From the NCBI GenBank assembly GCA_963749445.1, contig CAVVMJ010000008.1, positions 1 to 63,147 of the forward strand: a stretch of DNA of 63,147 bases, written 5' to 3'. Every line of letters starts with the position of its first letter. Position 1 is the first letter of the stretch. Source of the DNA: an uncultured bacterium (lineage in GTDB: Bacteria > Patescibacteriota > Doudnabacteria > UBA920). The position numbers and the translations under genes are program-made. Positions 19,913 to 30,067 of this stretch are shown here, one piece after another. The notes below the pieces were generated by a model. The model worked only from the letters and a program-made list of their open reading frames with translations. It ran no database searches and was not told where the DNA came from.

Positions 19913-22277
19913 CTACGCTTTTTTCTTATAAGATTTTTTTTGTTTCGGAGGGTTTTCTTTCCAATTTTTATAGGCTTCGTCAAGCTGTACTTGGGATTCG
20001 GGTTTTATATTCATAACGAACGTGCAATCCGGAAAACGGGTGCAGGCAAAAAAGGGTTTACCTCTGCCGCGGGATTTTTTTTCTACTATGTCGCCAATCA
20101 GCTTTGCTGATTGTCCCGAGCGAACTTCGGCGTCAGCCGAAGGAGTCGAGGGGCGGGTTTCATCGATAGGGGTTCGGCTTCGCTCACCCTCTTGCTTCGC
20201 AAAACACGCGGGGCACTTGTAGCCCGTCTTGTTCCAAATTTTGCTGATGCCTTTGCATTTGGGATAATCGGAGCAGCCCAGGAAAAACCCAAACCGCCCG
20301 CGGCGCACGGACATCGGGCCGCCGCAGATTGGGCATTTTTCGCCCTTGGTTTTTTCCGTCAGCTCCGCAATCTTAGCCGCTTCTTCGGGCATGGGCAAAG
20401 TGACTTTGCTGCCTTCTTCCGGGCAGGCCAAAAATTTGCCCATGCGTCCGTATTTAATCAGCATCGGTTTGCCGCAGTGCGGGCAGGGCGTGGTGGAAAT
20501 TTCCACCTGTTTTTCCACGCTGGCTTCTTTTTCCGTTAAATGTTTTTTAAATGGTCCGTAAAATTCGCGCATTACCTCCACCCACTTGATTTTGCCTTCG
20601 GCAATGTCATCAAATTCTTCCTCAATGTGGGAGGTAAAGTTAATGTCCACAATTTCCGGAAAATTTTCCACAAGCATGTCGTTGACCAAAAAACCTTCGT
20701 CTGTCGGGGAATATTTTTTATCAATTTTATTTACATAACCCCGGTCCTGGATGGTGGACAGAGTGGGTGCGTAAGTGGACGGGCGACCGACTCCGGCGGC
20801 TTCCAGGGTTTTGATTAACGTGGCGTCCGTAAAGCGCGGCGGCGGCTCGGTAAAATGCTGGAGTGGATTTAGTTCATGTAGTTTCAATTTTTCAGCAACC
20901 GATAATTCCGGAAGTACGCCTTCGATTTCGTCTTCGGCTTTTTCATCCTGTCCCTCGGTGTAGGCGCGAATGAAGCCGTCGAATTTGATTACTTGGCCGT
21001 TGGCTCTAAAGAGGGCTAAGGGTTTAGGGCTAAGGGCTAAGATGTCCACTGCTGTCTGCTCCAAAACCGCCTGTGCCATTTGGCAGGCCACGGTGCGTTT
21101 CCAGATTAAATCATAAATTTTAAACTGGCCGCGGTCCAAAAATTGTTTAACGTCATCGGGCCTGCGCGCAACATCGGTCGGCCGAATGGCTTCGTGCGCT
21201 TCCTGCGCGCCTTTGGATTTATTGGCGTAAAATCTGGGCGCGTCCAAAATGTAGTCTTTGCCGAATTCCGAAGTTATGACATCGCGGATGGTTGTCAAAG
21301 CGGATTGCGCCAAATTCAAACTGTCGGTTCTCATATAGGTAATCAGACCGGTGGAGCCTTGCTCGCCAATGTCCACGCCTTCGTAAAGCTGCTGGGCAAT
21401 GACCATGGTTTGCTTGGCGGACATGCCGAATTTGCGCGCCGCTTCCTGCTGGAGGGTGGAGGTGGTAAACGGCGGAGCGGGCGTGCGCTTGACTTCTTTT
21501 TGGTTGATATCGGTCACTTTATATTCCGCGCCGTTTAAATCGGCCACGATTTTTTTGGCATCCGCTTCGGCCTTAATGTCCATTTTGCCGACGGTCTTTC
21601 CGTCTATCGCGTGCAGTTTCGCGATGAAAGTTTTCGCGTCTGTTCCCATTCGCGATAACTTCGCTTCTATGCTCCAGTACTCATCAGTCTTGAATTTTTG
21701 GATTTCGCGCTCGCGCTCCACCACCAGGCGCACGGCCACGGACTGCACGCGCCCGGCGGAAAGCCCGTATCTAATTTTCCGCCATAAAAACGGCGACAAT
21801 TCATAGCCCACTAATCTGTCCAAAACCCGCCGAGCCTGCTGGGCATCCACCAAATTCAGGTCAATGTCGCGCGGATTCTTCATGGCCTCGTCTATGGCCG
21901 ATTTGGTAATTTCGTGGAAAACTATGCGTTTTATGCGCTTATCTTCCTTGCCTTTGGCAATCTGCGCCTCATCCCCCAAACCCAAAGCCTGCACCAAATG
22001 CCAGGAAATAGCCTCGCCTTCGCGGTCCTCGTCAGTCGCCAATATAATAGAGGAGGCGTCTTGCGGAAAGTTTTTTTAACTCGGCCACGGTTTCCTTGGC
22101 CTTGGGCGGAATAATATAGACAGGTTCAAAGTCGTGCTTCACATCAATGGATAATTTGCTCTTGGGCAAATCCCGCACATGCCCCATACTGGCTTTAACT
22201 ATATATTCGCCATCCAAAAAACGCGAAATAGTTTTCGCTTTGGTGGGGGATTCGACGATGATCAACGGTTTGGACAT
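19913..22277 (-). CDS. topA: DNA topoisomerase I; one frame break
   Basis: Toprim [27 protein letters not shown], active-site YMRTDS, C-terminal Cys4 ribbons. Break at ~22045. Confidence 0.9.
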
Positions 22278-22334
22278 GAAAAGATTTAAGATTCAGGATT
22301 TAAGATTTTAGAATTTCGTGCAGATACAATTGTG

Positions 22335-22363
22335 AGTTTAACCATAAAAAAAATATTTGTCAA
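22335..22363 (-). promoter_or_regulatory. sigma70-like promoter of topA
   Basis: On the minus strand, TTGACA-17 nt-TAAACT. Confidence 0.5.
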
Positions 22364-22432
22364 ACGGAGTTATCCTTATTCCGCTGATAAGTCGCTGATT
22401 GGTACGCTGAAATAACGCCGAACCTAAGTGGT

Positions 22433-22496
22433 GTCATCCCGGAATTTTTCACGTTTGAGCATTATCGGAAGCCGTGAAAAATATCCGGGATCCAGT
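22433..22496. repeat. GTCATCCCGG-type palindromic element, family D copy
   Basis: CCCGGAATTTTTCACG ... CGTGAAAAATATCCGGG. The same core occurs at 44277.. and 47702.. Confidence 0.7.
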
Positions 22497-22581
22497 CACA
22501 GGCTGTTTGATTTTTTTGAAGAGAGAGAGAGTATGCTATGTGCAAACAAAATTTGGTCGGAAAGGAAAGGAGGTTGATAGG

Positions 22582-22809
22582 ATGGAAGAAGAATTTGCTG
22601 AGGGCTGTTTGGTTACGCCTTCTGAAGGAATGAGCCTAAAGGGGCTCCGAGATGTCCTGGTGGAACTTGAAATAGCGGAGTTCCAAATCGTGGAAGTCGA
22701 AGGCGCTTATCAAGTTGACCTGACTGAATCCCAGCGTGCCGCTTTGGAAGCGGCTGGGGTTTTAGTGGAAAGCCTTCCCTCCCACACGTTTTCAGAAGAT
22801 GATCTCTAG
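22582..22809 (+). CDS. hypothetical acidic protein (75 aa)
   Basis: ATG 22582 preceded by GGAAAGGAGG. Confidence 0.45.
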   Translation: MEEEFAEGCLVTPSEGMSLKGLRDVLVELEIAEFQIVEVEGAYQVDLTESQRAALEAAGVLVESLPSHTFSEDDL

Positions 22810-22840
22810 GTAGGCCATTTTGGCTTGGCGAACGATCAGG

Positions 22841-22870
22841 AGGGTGCCGCTGGTCACCCTTCTTTTTTTA
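22841..22870 (+). terminator. intrinsic terminator
   Basis: AGGGTG-8 nt-CACCCT followed by TCTTTTTTT. Confidence 0.55.
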
Positions 22871-24049
22871 TGGCGTTATTATATTTTGAGTTTGTCCAAT
22901 TTTATCTAAAATCTTTTTACTTTCATCCGCCGTGGCTGGGCGGGGCTGGGAGTTTTGGATGATGACGGGGATAAGTTTAATTGAATCTAGTTTGGCCGGG
23001 ATGCGGGAACCTTGCAAATCATCGGTGCACCCTCTCTGTCCGCCTCCGGCGGACATCTCCCCCAGAGGGGGAGAAGGGGGGCAGCCGCCGTTTTTTGACA
23101 CTGTGATTTTTAACGCCAACCCTTCTTTGGTATCCTGGCTCCACATTTGGTCAAAAATAAAGTTGCCTAAGGAATAAAAGATGTATTTTCCCTCATATTT
23201 TTCTACGGCCTGTACCCAGTGCGGATGGCTGCCAATTACCATGTCCGCGCCGTCGTCAATCGCCGCGTGGGCGAATTTTATTTGCGCGTCGTTCGGCGTG
23301 CGCGTGTATTCCGTGCCGGCGTGCATGGTGACGACTACGAAATCCGATTTAGATTTAAGATTTAAGATTGCGGATTTCAGATTGTCTAAGTCCTCAATGC
23401 GGGCAACGTAATTATTTGTCGTTTTGCCGCCGTCGTTTACGGAAGCATAGGACGCTCCCACAAATCCGATTTTTATTCCATTTGTTTCAATTATTGCCGG
23501 TTGCCAGGCCTCATTTAAATTATCTGCCGGCGCCTGTATGTTTTAGGCCAAAGCGGTCCAATTGGGAAACGGTAAAATTTAAGCCGTCCGGACCGCCGTC
23601 AAGCGCGTGATTGTTGGCGAGGTTGAGAATAAAAAAATTGTTGTCCAATAACCCGTCTAGGCTGGAACTGGGCGCGCCAAATATTAACGAGTGCCCGCCA
23701 ATGACAGGGTTTTTTGAAAACGGGGATTCCAAATTGCCAAAATTAAAATTTACGGAATGCAAAATGTCCTGCATGCCTAAAAAAGGATACAGCGGATTGC
23801 CCGCCGCTTTTGCCGCCGCGGCCACGTTTCTGGAAAGGTTAATGTCGCCCACGGCCAAAAATGTTGCGGTGGTAGTGGTTGGGATGTTTGCTGGGCCAGT
23901 TTTGGGCTTTGCCGGTAAAAATCGCTTAGGCTTTTGTCGGCGGCGGCTGTGGTAACGGATAGTAGGGTTTTTGGGAGCCGAGAATTATGCGGCCATAAAA
24001 AAATACCCAGCGCTACGAAGAGTATGGCAAAGAGAAGCGGATGATGATT
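22868..24049 (-). CDS. CapA/PGA_cap-family metallophosphatase-like protein; at least 2 frame breaks, N-terminus uncertain
   Basis: GNLESP, ANNHALDGG, MHAGTEY, GSHPHWVQ. ORFs 22868..23461 and 23520..23858 plus an N-terminal TM segment. Breaks at ~23490 and ~23870. Confidence 0.7.
23040..23090. repeat. double-hairpin element (family E) inside the capA reading frame
   Basis: GTCCGCC-tcc-GGCGGAC plus TCTCCCCC-aga-GGGGGAGA. Translated in frame as ...PPSPPLGEMSAGGGQRG... Confidence 0.7.
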
Positions 24050-24079
24050 TTACTATTTTATGTCCATAGAATTGATATC

Positions 24080-24190
24080 GGGTTATAAGTTCGTAACTTC
24101 GGTGCAAGTTGTATGTCTTAGGTTGTATTAGTCGCCTATAACCTTGTTACTTATAACCGTACTGGTCGCCATACCCTACAACTTATTACC
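24080..24190. repeat. GGTTATAAG/GGCCAGTA hairpin element, family C (inverted copy)
   Basis: Shares termini with 25413.. and 39213.. It overlaps the last ~12 codons and the stop of dprA. Confidence 0.65.
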
Positions 24191-25287
24191 TTGCTTAAAA
24201 TATACTGCTGCGCGCCTAAGTTCCTGACCTTGCCTTTCATCTCCAAAAAGGTCAAAGCCGAGGCGACTTCGCCGGCTTCCAGCTTTGACTGTTTGACAAT
24301 CTCGTCAACGTGCACCGGTTCATAGGCGATAAAGCGCAAGACCTCGCTTTCCGCCGGGCTGTCGCCGAAAATTTGGGTCGCTTGCTGTTCCTCGGGCAGA
24401 TATTTTAAATTCAAATCTTCCAAAATATCCCTGCCTTCGGTAACCAGCTTGGCGCCCATTTTGATGAGGTTGTTGGGCCCCTGGCTTTGGGGGCTGTAAA
24501 CCGGCCCGGGCACGGCATAAACCGTGCGGTTTTGCTCCAGCGCGTATTTGGCGGTAATTAAGGATCCGCTTTTTAAATCGCATTCCACAACCAGAGTGGC
24601 CACGCACATGCCGGAAATAATGCGGTTGCGTGCCACGAAATTTTGTTTAAAGTTCGCCGTGCCCGGAGGATATTCGGAAAGTAAAGCGCCGCCGTTGTCC
24701 AGAATCTGCTGGGCCAAAAGCGAATGAGCCTTGGGATATAAACTTTTGTCGTCCAGGCCGCCGCCCAATATCGCGACGGTGCGTTTATGTTTGTTAATCG
24801 CGACGGTGTGCGCCGCAGAGTCCACGCCAAAGGCCATGCCCGAAACAACCGTGGCGCCGGCGTCCACCAACGGCTCCACCAGCTTGGGCGTGGCCATCCG
24901 GCCGTAATTGGTAATCATGCGCGTGCCGACCACGGCCAAACATAATTCTTCGGGATCGTTCATTTGGCCGCGGACGTAAAGCAGGGGAGGATATTTTGGG
25001 ATTTCCAAAAGCAGTTTAGGATAAACATCATCGGTAAACGTCAGCAGGCTAATGCCATGGCTGGCTAAATTTTTTTGTTCATCATCCAGATTTAAATTTT
25101 GCCGGTGCTTGGCGAACAGCTTAGCTAGTTCCGGCTCTATTCCCGCTTCGGATATTTCCGCTGCCGATGATTCAAAAGCCTGCTGCCAATTTTCAAAATA
25201 GCGGTAAAGGCGCATCAGCCTGGCCGGCCCGAATTGGGGGAGTAGGTTAAAGGCGTGAATATATAGAGTGGGGGGCAGGTCAGGCAT
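24151..25287 (-). CDS. dprA: DNA processing protein DprA
   Basis: GMAFGVDSAAH Rossmann-like core with a C-terminal winged-helix-like region. Confidence 0.85.
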   Translation of the reverse strand: MPDLPPTLYIHAFNLLPQFGPARLMRLYRYFENWQQAFESSAAEISEAGIEPELAKLFAKHRQNLNLDDEQKNLASHGISLLTFTDDVYPKLLLEIPKYPPLLYVRGQMNDPEELCLAVVGTRMITNYGRMATPKLVEPLVDAGATVVSGMAFGVDSAAHTVAINKHKRTVAILGGGLDDKSLYPKAHSLLAQQILDNGGALLSEYPPGTANFKQNFVARNRIISGMCVATLVVECDLKSGSLITAKYALEQNRTVYAVPGPVYSPQSQGPNNLIKMGAKLVTEGRDILEDLNLKYLPEEQQATQIFGDSPAESEVLRFIAYEPVHVDEIVKQSKLEAGEVASALTFLEMKGKVRNLGAQQYILSKVISCRVWRPVRL

Positions 25288-25321
25288 AGATTTTTCGCAT
25301 AATTAAAGGCAGGTTTAGGGA

Positions 25322-25350
25322 TTGACAAAATGCTAAAAAAGGAGTATAAT
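25322..25350 (+). promoter_or_regulatory. consensus sigma70 promoter with no downstream ORF
   Basis: TTGACA-17 nt-TATAAT, exact. Confidence 0.6.
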
Positions 25351-25356
25351 TGTATA

Positions 25357-25766
25357 TCAGACAAACAAAAAATTGAAAAGGAAATAGGGAGGTTTTTATT
25401 TACCCCAGAAACGGTTTAGGTTGTAAGGTGTAGCGGCCAGTACAGAAATAAGTAGTAAGGTATAAGGTGTGGCGTCCGGTGCGGTCGTAAGGAATGGGTT
25501 TTAGGTAACATATACCTTAAAACCTACCACTGCACCGGCCGCCAAGGCCAATACCCTATCACCATTTCTCGTACCGGCGGCCACGCCTTATAACTTATTA
25601 CCACCTTGTATCCAGTATCCTATTTGCAAGTCGCGAAAGCAGGTATCATCCCTCCTATTACTTGCTCTTAGCACCAAGCAAAGGTTCGTTGGCGTTTGTC
25701 AGCAGCTTTTCACTTGCAGGTAGGGTCTTGGGTGCAATTATTAAATCCGCTAGCGCGGATTTTTTG
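25357..25766 (+). ncRNA. candidate ~410-nt structured RNA of unknown class
   Basis: Bounded by the consensus promoter and by AATCCGC-tagc-GCGGATT+TTTT. It has no ORF. A closing helix pairs AAUAGGGAGG (25383..) with CCCUCCUAUU (25650..). It contains the family C hairpin. Confidence 0.3.
25413..25612. repeat. family C hairpin element (long copy)
   Basis: GGTTTAGGTTGTAAGGTGTAGCGGCCAGTA ... CGGCGGCCACGCCTTATAACTTATTACC. Confidence 0.7.
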
Positions 25767-26160
25767 ATTGCGAATTTCGGATTGCGGATTGGTTTTTCTT
25801 GAAGTTTTCTAAATAAACGATTAAACCCCCTATCTCGCCCGCAAGCTTTTCCATTTTTAGATTTATAGCTTCAAATTCGCTTTGGCTGATATATCCTATT
25901 GATAGGGCAATATAAAGTTGGTTCCTGACCTCGCCGACAGAACCTTTTGCCATTCTTAAAAATCTGACGAATTCATTGTTGTTATTCTTTTCAAATCCTT
26001 CAACTATTGTTGAGCTTACCGATACTATTGCCCTTCTAATCTGATCCTTTAAACCAAAATCTTTGCTCCATTTAGCATTGGCGCTTAAGTCGTAAATAAT
26101 TTTAGTTGCTTCTAGGGAACGTTGCCAAACAGGCAATTCCTCAAATTTTCTGTAATTCAT
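25750..26160 (-). CDS. four-helix-bundle protein (23S rRNA intervening-sequence protein family)
   Basis: RRAIVSVSSTIVEGF...FLRMAKGSVGEVRNQL pattern typical of this family. Confidence 0.7.
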   Translation of the reverse strand: MNYRKFEELPVWQRSLEATKIIYDLSANAKWSKDFGLKDQIRRAIVSVSSTIVEGFEKNNNNEFVRFLRMAKGSVGEVRNQLYIALSIGYISQSEFEAINLKMEKLAGEIGGLIVYLENFKKNQSAIRNSQSKNPR

Positions 26161-26191
26161 TGAATACGTAATTCGTAATACGTAATTGGTT

Positions 26192-26755
26192 TCAATTTTT
26201 ATTTAAGAAATTTTCTACTGCCGCTTTTACTTTTGGAAGAATGTCATTTTGAAGCTTTGACAGTTCATCATCGGAAAAATTTTGCAGGACAAAGGCGTCG
26301 GTCGGAATATCATCGCGGGTAGTCCGGGTCTCTACGCCGATTCGGATGCGATGGAAATCCTGTGTGCCCAGGTTGTCAATAATATTCTGCACGCCGTTGT
26401 GGCCGGCCGACGACGAAGAGTCAGTGGCGCGGATGGCGCCAAAAGGCAAATCGGAATCGTCATGAATGACCAAAAGGTCTTTGGCCAAGTCCATTTTATA
26501 AAAATTGCAAATAATCTCAAGCGCCTGGCCGCTGTCGTTCATAAATGTCTGTGGTTTTAAGAAGATAACTTTTTTTCCGTCCTGCTGCCAGGTAAACATC
26601 TCGGACTTGAATTCGCGGCTCGGCCGGGTGGTCATAAACCCGTCGCCTTCTTTTAGAATAAAATCCAGCGCCAAAAACCCCGCGTTGTGGCGGGTATGCT
26701 TGTATTGTTCTCCGGGGTTTCCCAAACCGACAATGAGTTTCACCCAGTATATCAA
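26192..26755 (-). CDS. pth: peptidyl-tRNA hydrolase
   Basis: LIVGLGNPGEQYKHTRHNAGF N-terminal motif. Confidence 0.9.
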   Translation of the reverse strand: MIYWVKLIVGLGNPGEQYKHTRHNAGFLALDFILKEGDGFMTTRPSREFKSEMFTWQQDGKKVIFLKPQTFMNDSGQALEIICNFYKMDLAKDLLVIHDDSDLPFGAIRATDSSSSAGHNGVQNIIDNLGTQDFHRIRIGVETRTTRDDIPTDAFVLQNFSDDELSKLQNDILPKVKAAVENFLNKN

Positions 26756-27009
26756 CCTCCCATAGCAAATGCCGATTTACGGCAGTTGTTATAATCAGCG
26801 TTAATGTTAAATAGTCTGATATCTTTTATATAATTTTACTTTCGGCATTTGCTATGCCGTGGTCGCGATAAAGTAAATTATATCCATATTACCAAAAAAG
26901 TAAATAAGAAAAAAGTTTGGTGTAACTACTGGCACGGCATATGGGAGGTTGTATTACTGGGTTTCATAAATTAATTCTAGCACCAAAAACTCAAAATCTA
27001 AAATTTGAT

Positions 27010-28551
27010 TTAAGTTTTGTCTTTGCCTTTTAGGCGCAAGATTATCGGAGTTCCATAAAAGTCCAGGTATTTGGTAATTGAATTTTCCAGGAATTTTCGG
27101 AATTGGTTGGAGATGGCCGCGGGGTGGTTGACTTTGAGCTGGAAGGCCGGCGGATTAACGTCAACCTGATGCAAGCTGAAGACTTTGGGTTTTTTTTGGT
27201 CGCGCAAAAGCTTGGGCGGATTTTTTTGCATTATTTTGTACAGAAAATCTTTTAAAGTTTCCTCGTCAATCATTTTATGGCGGCGATCCCAAATCGGTTT
27301 TATCGCGTCTACGGCTTCCTTTAATCCTTCGCCTGTCAGGCCGGAGACAAAAAACAGCGGACACATCCACAAAAACGGGAAGTGGTGGGAAATGTAGTCG
27401 CGGATATTTTGATATTTATCATCACTGGATTTATCAAGCCCTCGACCTCTCTGCCCCTTCGGGGCATCTCCCCTCGCCAGGGGAGAAGGGACCAAATCGC
27501 ACTTGGTGGCCAAAATAATGCAGGCTTTTTCCAAAGCAAAAATTTCCTGGGCCACGCGCTGGTCCTGCTTGGTAATTTCGGCGCTCGCGTCAATCACCAA
27601 AAAACAAATGTCGGACCGGCGTATGGATTTAAAGGTTTGGAAGCCGGAAAAAACATCCGGCTGCTCCTGGCGGTATTCTTTTTTCTTTAATCCCGCGGTA
27701 TCTATGAACGTGTAATTTACATCGCCGATTTTTATATCGCTGTCTATCGCGGTGCGGGTCGTGCCCGGGATCGGGGAGACGACGACGCGTTCTTCATCCA
27801 GAATTTTATTGAAGATGCTGGATTTGCCCACATTGGGTTTGCCGACGATGGATACCGCGATGGAATTTTTATTTCCGGGATAAATATCATCGCTTGGGTT
27901 TTTATCAGCGGTTCGACCTCTCTGCCCCTTCGGGGCATCTCCCCTCAAAAGGGTAGAAGGGAACAGTGTTGCTATTGCATCCAGCATATCCCCAATCCCA
28001 ACCCCCGAGAGCGCGGATACGCCGAATATTTTTTTAATTCCTAAAGCCAGGAAGCCCGCCAGTTTTTCTTCGCGGTTTTTTATGCTTTCCAGTTTGTTGA
28101 CCGCGAGCAAAACCGGCTTGTCAATTTTGCGGAATTTTTGCTTGAGCGATTGGGGAATTGAGCTAAGCGGTTCTTTGCCGTCAACCACCCAGACCAACAT
28201 ATCGGCTTCCTTTAAAGCCACGTCAATTTGCCGGCTGACATTTTGCTCCAGTTCCTGGTTTATTTGGCCGGTTTGGGTGTGACTGTGGGTTTTGTTGTCT
28301 CCGCTGACGGACAAGCCCGCCGTATCCAGCAAAGTAAAATCCACGCCGTTCCAGGAGGTGTCCAAATATTGCCGGTCGCGGGTGGTGCCGGCTATATCGG
28401 AAGTCACGGCCAGCCTGCCGCCGGCAATTTTATTGAGCAGGCTGGATTTGCCCACATTGGGCTGGCCGACCAGGGCCACAATCGGTAAAATTTTATTTGA
28501 GGATGTCATAATTTGAATAATTGACATGGGTTTTATGACATAATTTAACAA
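27010..28551 (-). CDS. der: ribosome-associated GTPase Der/EngA with two in-frame repeat insertions
   Basis: Two G domains (GQPNVGKSS/DTAG/NKLE and GKPNVGKSS/DTAGL/TKCD) and a KH-like C-terminus. The true start may be the internal Met near 28509. Confidence 0.9.
   Translation of the reverse strand: MLNYVIKPMSIIQIMTSSNKILPIVALVGQPNVGKSSLLNKIAGGRLAVTSDIAGTTRDRQYLDTSWNGVDFTLLDTAGLSVSGDNKTHSHTQTGQINQELEQNVSRQIDVALKEADMLVWVVDGKEPLSSIPQSLKQKFRKIDKPVLLAVNKLESIKNREEKLAGFLALGIKKIFGVSALSGVGIGDMLDAIATLFPSTLLRGDAPKGQRGRTADKNPSDDIYPGNKNSIAVSIVGKPNVGKSSIFNKILDEERVVVSPIPGTTRTAIDSDIKIGDVNYTFIDTAGLKKKEYRQEQPDVFSGFQTFKSIRRSDICFLVIDASAEITKQDQRVAQEIFALEKACIILATKCDLVPSPLARGDAPKGQRGRGLDKSSDDKYQNIRDYISHHFPFLWMCPLFFVSGLTGEGLKEAVDAIKPIWDRRHKMIDEETLKDFLYKIMQKNPPKLLRDQKKPKVFSLHQVDVNPPAFQLKVNHPAAISNQFRKFLENSITKYLDFYGTPIILRLKGKDKT
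27440..27490. repeat. family E double-hairpin inside der (G domain 2)
   Basis: The 33-nt core CGACCTCTCTGCCCCTTCGGGGCATCTCCCCTC is identical to 27914..27946. It encodes PSPLARGDAPKGQRGRG. Confidence 0.85.
27911..27961. repeat. family E double-hairpin inside der (inter-domain linker)
   Basis: Same 33-nt core. It encodes TLLRGDAPKGQRGRT. Confidence 0.85.
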
Positions 28552-28664
28552 TTTAAATAATTGACATAATTTATGGATCCAACAATATGTTCAGATTGTT
28601 GTCAATTGTGTCATATTAGTCGGTTCTCTTATGTGTTCTGGCGCGGCAGGCCTGCCTAGAATTA

Positions 28665-30067
28665 TTACCACATCAACTTTGCCGGATCAAGCTTAAGATT
28701 GGGCGGCGGCAGGGTGACTTCGGCGCTGTTTAGGGAATTTTTTAGGAATTCGGCCGCGGCGGGTTTTGGGTTGACCTCGTAAAAAATGTTTTGGCTTAAC
28801 GGCTGGCCGGCATAATTAAATTCCCAGACGGTCAGGCCGGCTTCGTTAAAGTCCGGCTGGCGTTTTCATAATCCACACTGTTATGATTGCTGGAGGCCAT
28901 CCAGACCATGGCTTTTTCCTGGGCGAGCTTGCCGATGGCAAAAGCGTTTTTAAAAAAATTATGGATGTCGGCATCGGTTTTGCCCGGGCAGTTTATTAGG
29001 ACGTAGGCGCCGGTATCGGTTTGGATTTGCGGACAGATTAAATTGGTGGACGGATCCAGACTCAGCGACAGAATGTTATTAAAGCTGTTTTGTTTTGACA
29101 GCGAATAAATCCGGAACATTTCGCCCGGGGAGAGGTTGGTATGAAAGTGGTCGGCAAAAGTGTCCAGCAGGCTGTTGAGTTTGCCGGCGTCGGTGATCAA
29201 ATTTAAGTTAAGGATTTTGTCTTTAAACGCGTTGATGACTTTTTGCTGGCGCGCCGATCGGGCAAAATCCGAACCTTCCGGTCCTTCGGCGTGGCGCGAG
29301 CGGGCGAAAATCAGCGCGCGCGCGCCGTCCATGTGCTCCCAGCCGGCGGTAAAGGTTTGCGGGGGCAGGTAGCCGGTGCCGCTGTCGGGATATTGGTGAT
29401 CGGTGAAAGTGCGGTCAATTTTAATATCAAGCCCGCCGATTTGGTTAACGGCTTTTTCAAAGCCGGAAAAATCCACCACCGCAAAATAGGGGATGCTCAG
29501 GCCGGAAACGTCCTGGGCGGCGCTGATGGCCCATTGCCCGGCTTCGTTATAATCGTGGTGTTTAAGGTAGCCGTCGGAAAAAGTTTGGTTGATTTTGGCT
29601 TGTCCGCAATTGTTGCGGCATATTGGCCCACAGGTCGCGTGGGATTGAAGTGAGCACCACTTCGCCGTCTGCCGGCCGGATTTGGGCGACAATCATCGTA
29701 TCGGTCAAATACGGGCCGTCGTGGCCTTCGCCGCCGATACCCAAAAGCAGAATATTGATCTGTCCAGATATCTTCTCCCGACCAATCGGGTTTGGCCGCT
29801 TGTGCCCTGCAGGACCGAGACGATTTTTTGGAGAAAGGACAATTTGCGGCCCACGAAAATTTTATCGGAAAGGTTCATGGCACGAAATACCACTATGCTG
29901 CCGAGCACAACAATGACTAAAGTGATTAAAGCTGCGATCGTTTTGAGTATTTTCTTTCGGTTTTTTTGGCTTATTGCCGCGACCCAGCAGGTTGATTTTG
30001 GGGGGATTGGCAACTGGCTGTCCTGACTTCCGGACGTTTGAGGCTGCGCGGAGTCAATGTTCTTCAT
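28665..30067 (-). CDS. LytR-CpsA-Psr (LCP) family protein; at least 3 frame breaks
   Basis: N-terminal TM helix, LLLGIGGEGHDGPYLTDTMIV, then FARSRH... Four ORF pieces with breaks at ~29750, ~29690 and ~28850. The C-terminal piece ends at TAA 28665-67. Confidence 0.75.

Noticed and set aside
24049-24069. ATG GAC ATA AAA TAG TAA lies directly in frame with the capA N-terminal transmembrane segment. This was considered as possible readthrough or recoding.
   Set aside because: Two consecutive stops cannot plausibly be read through. The capA 5' region already needs at least one frame correction, so the true start is simply unresolved.
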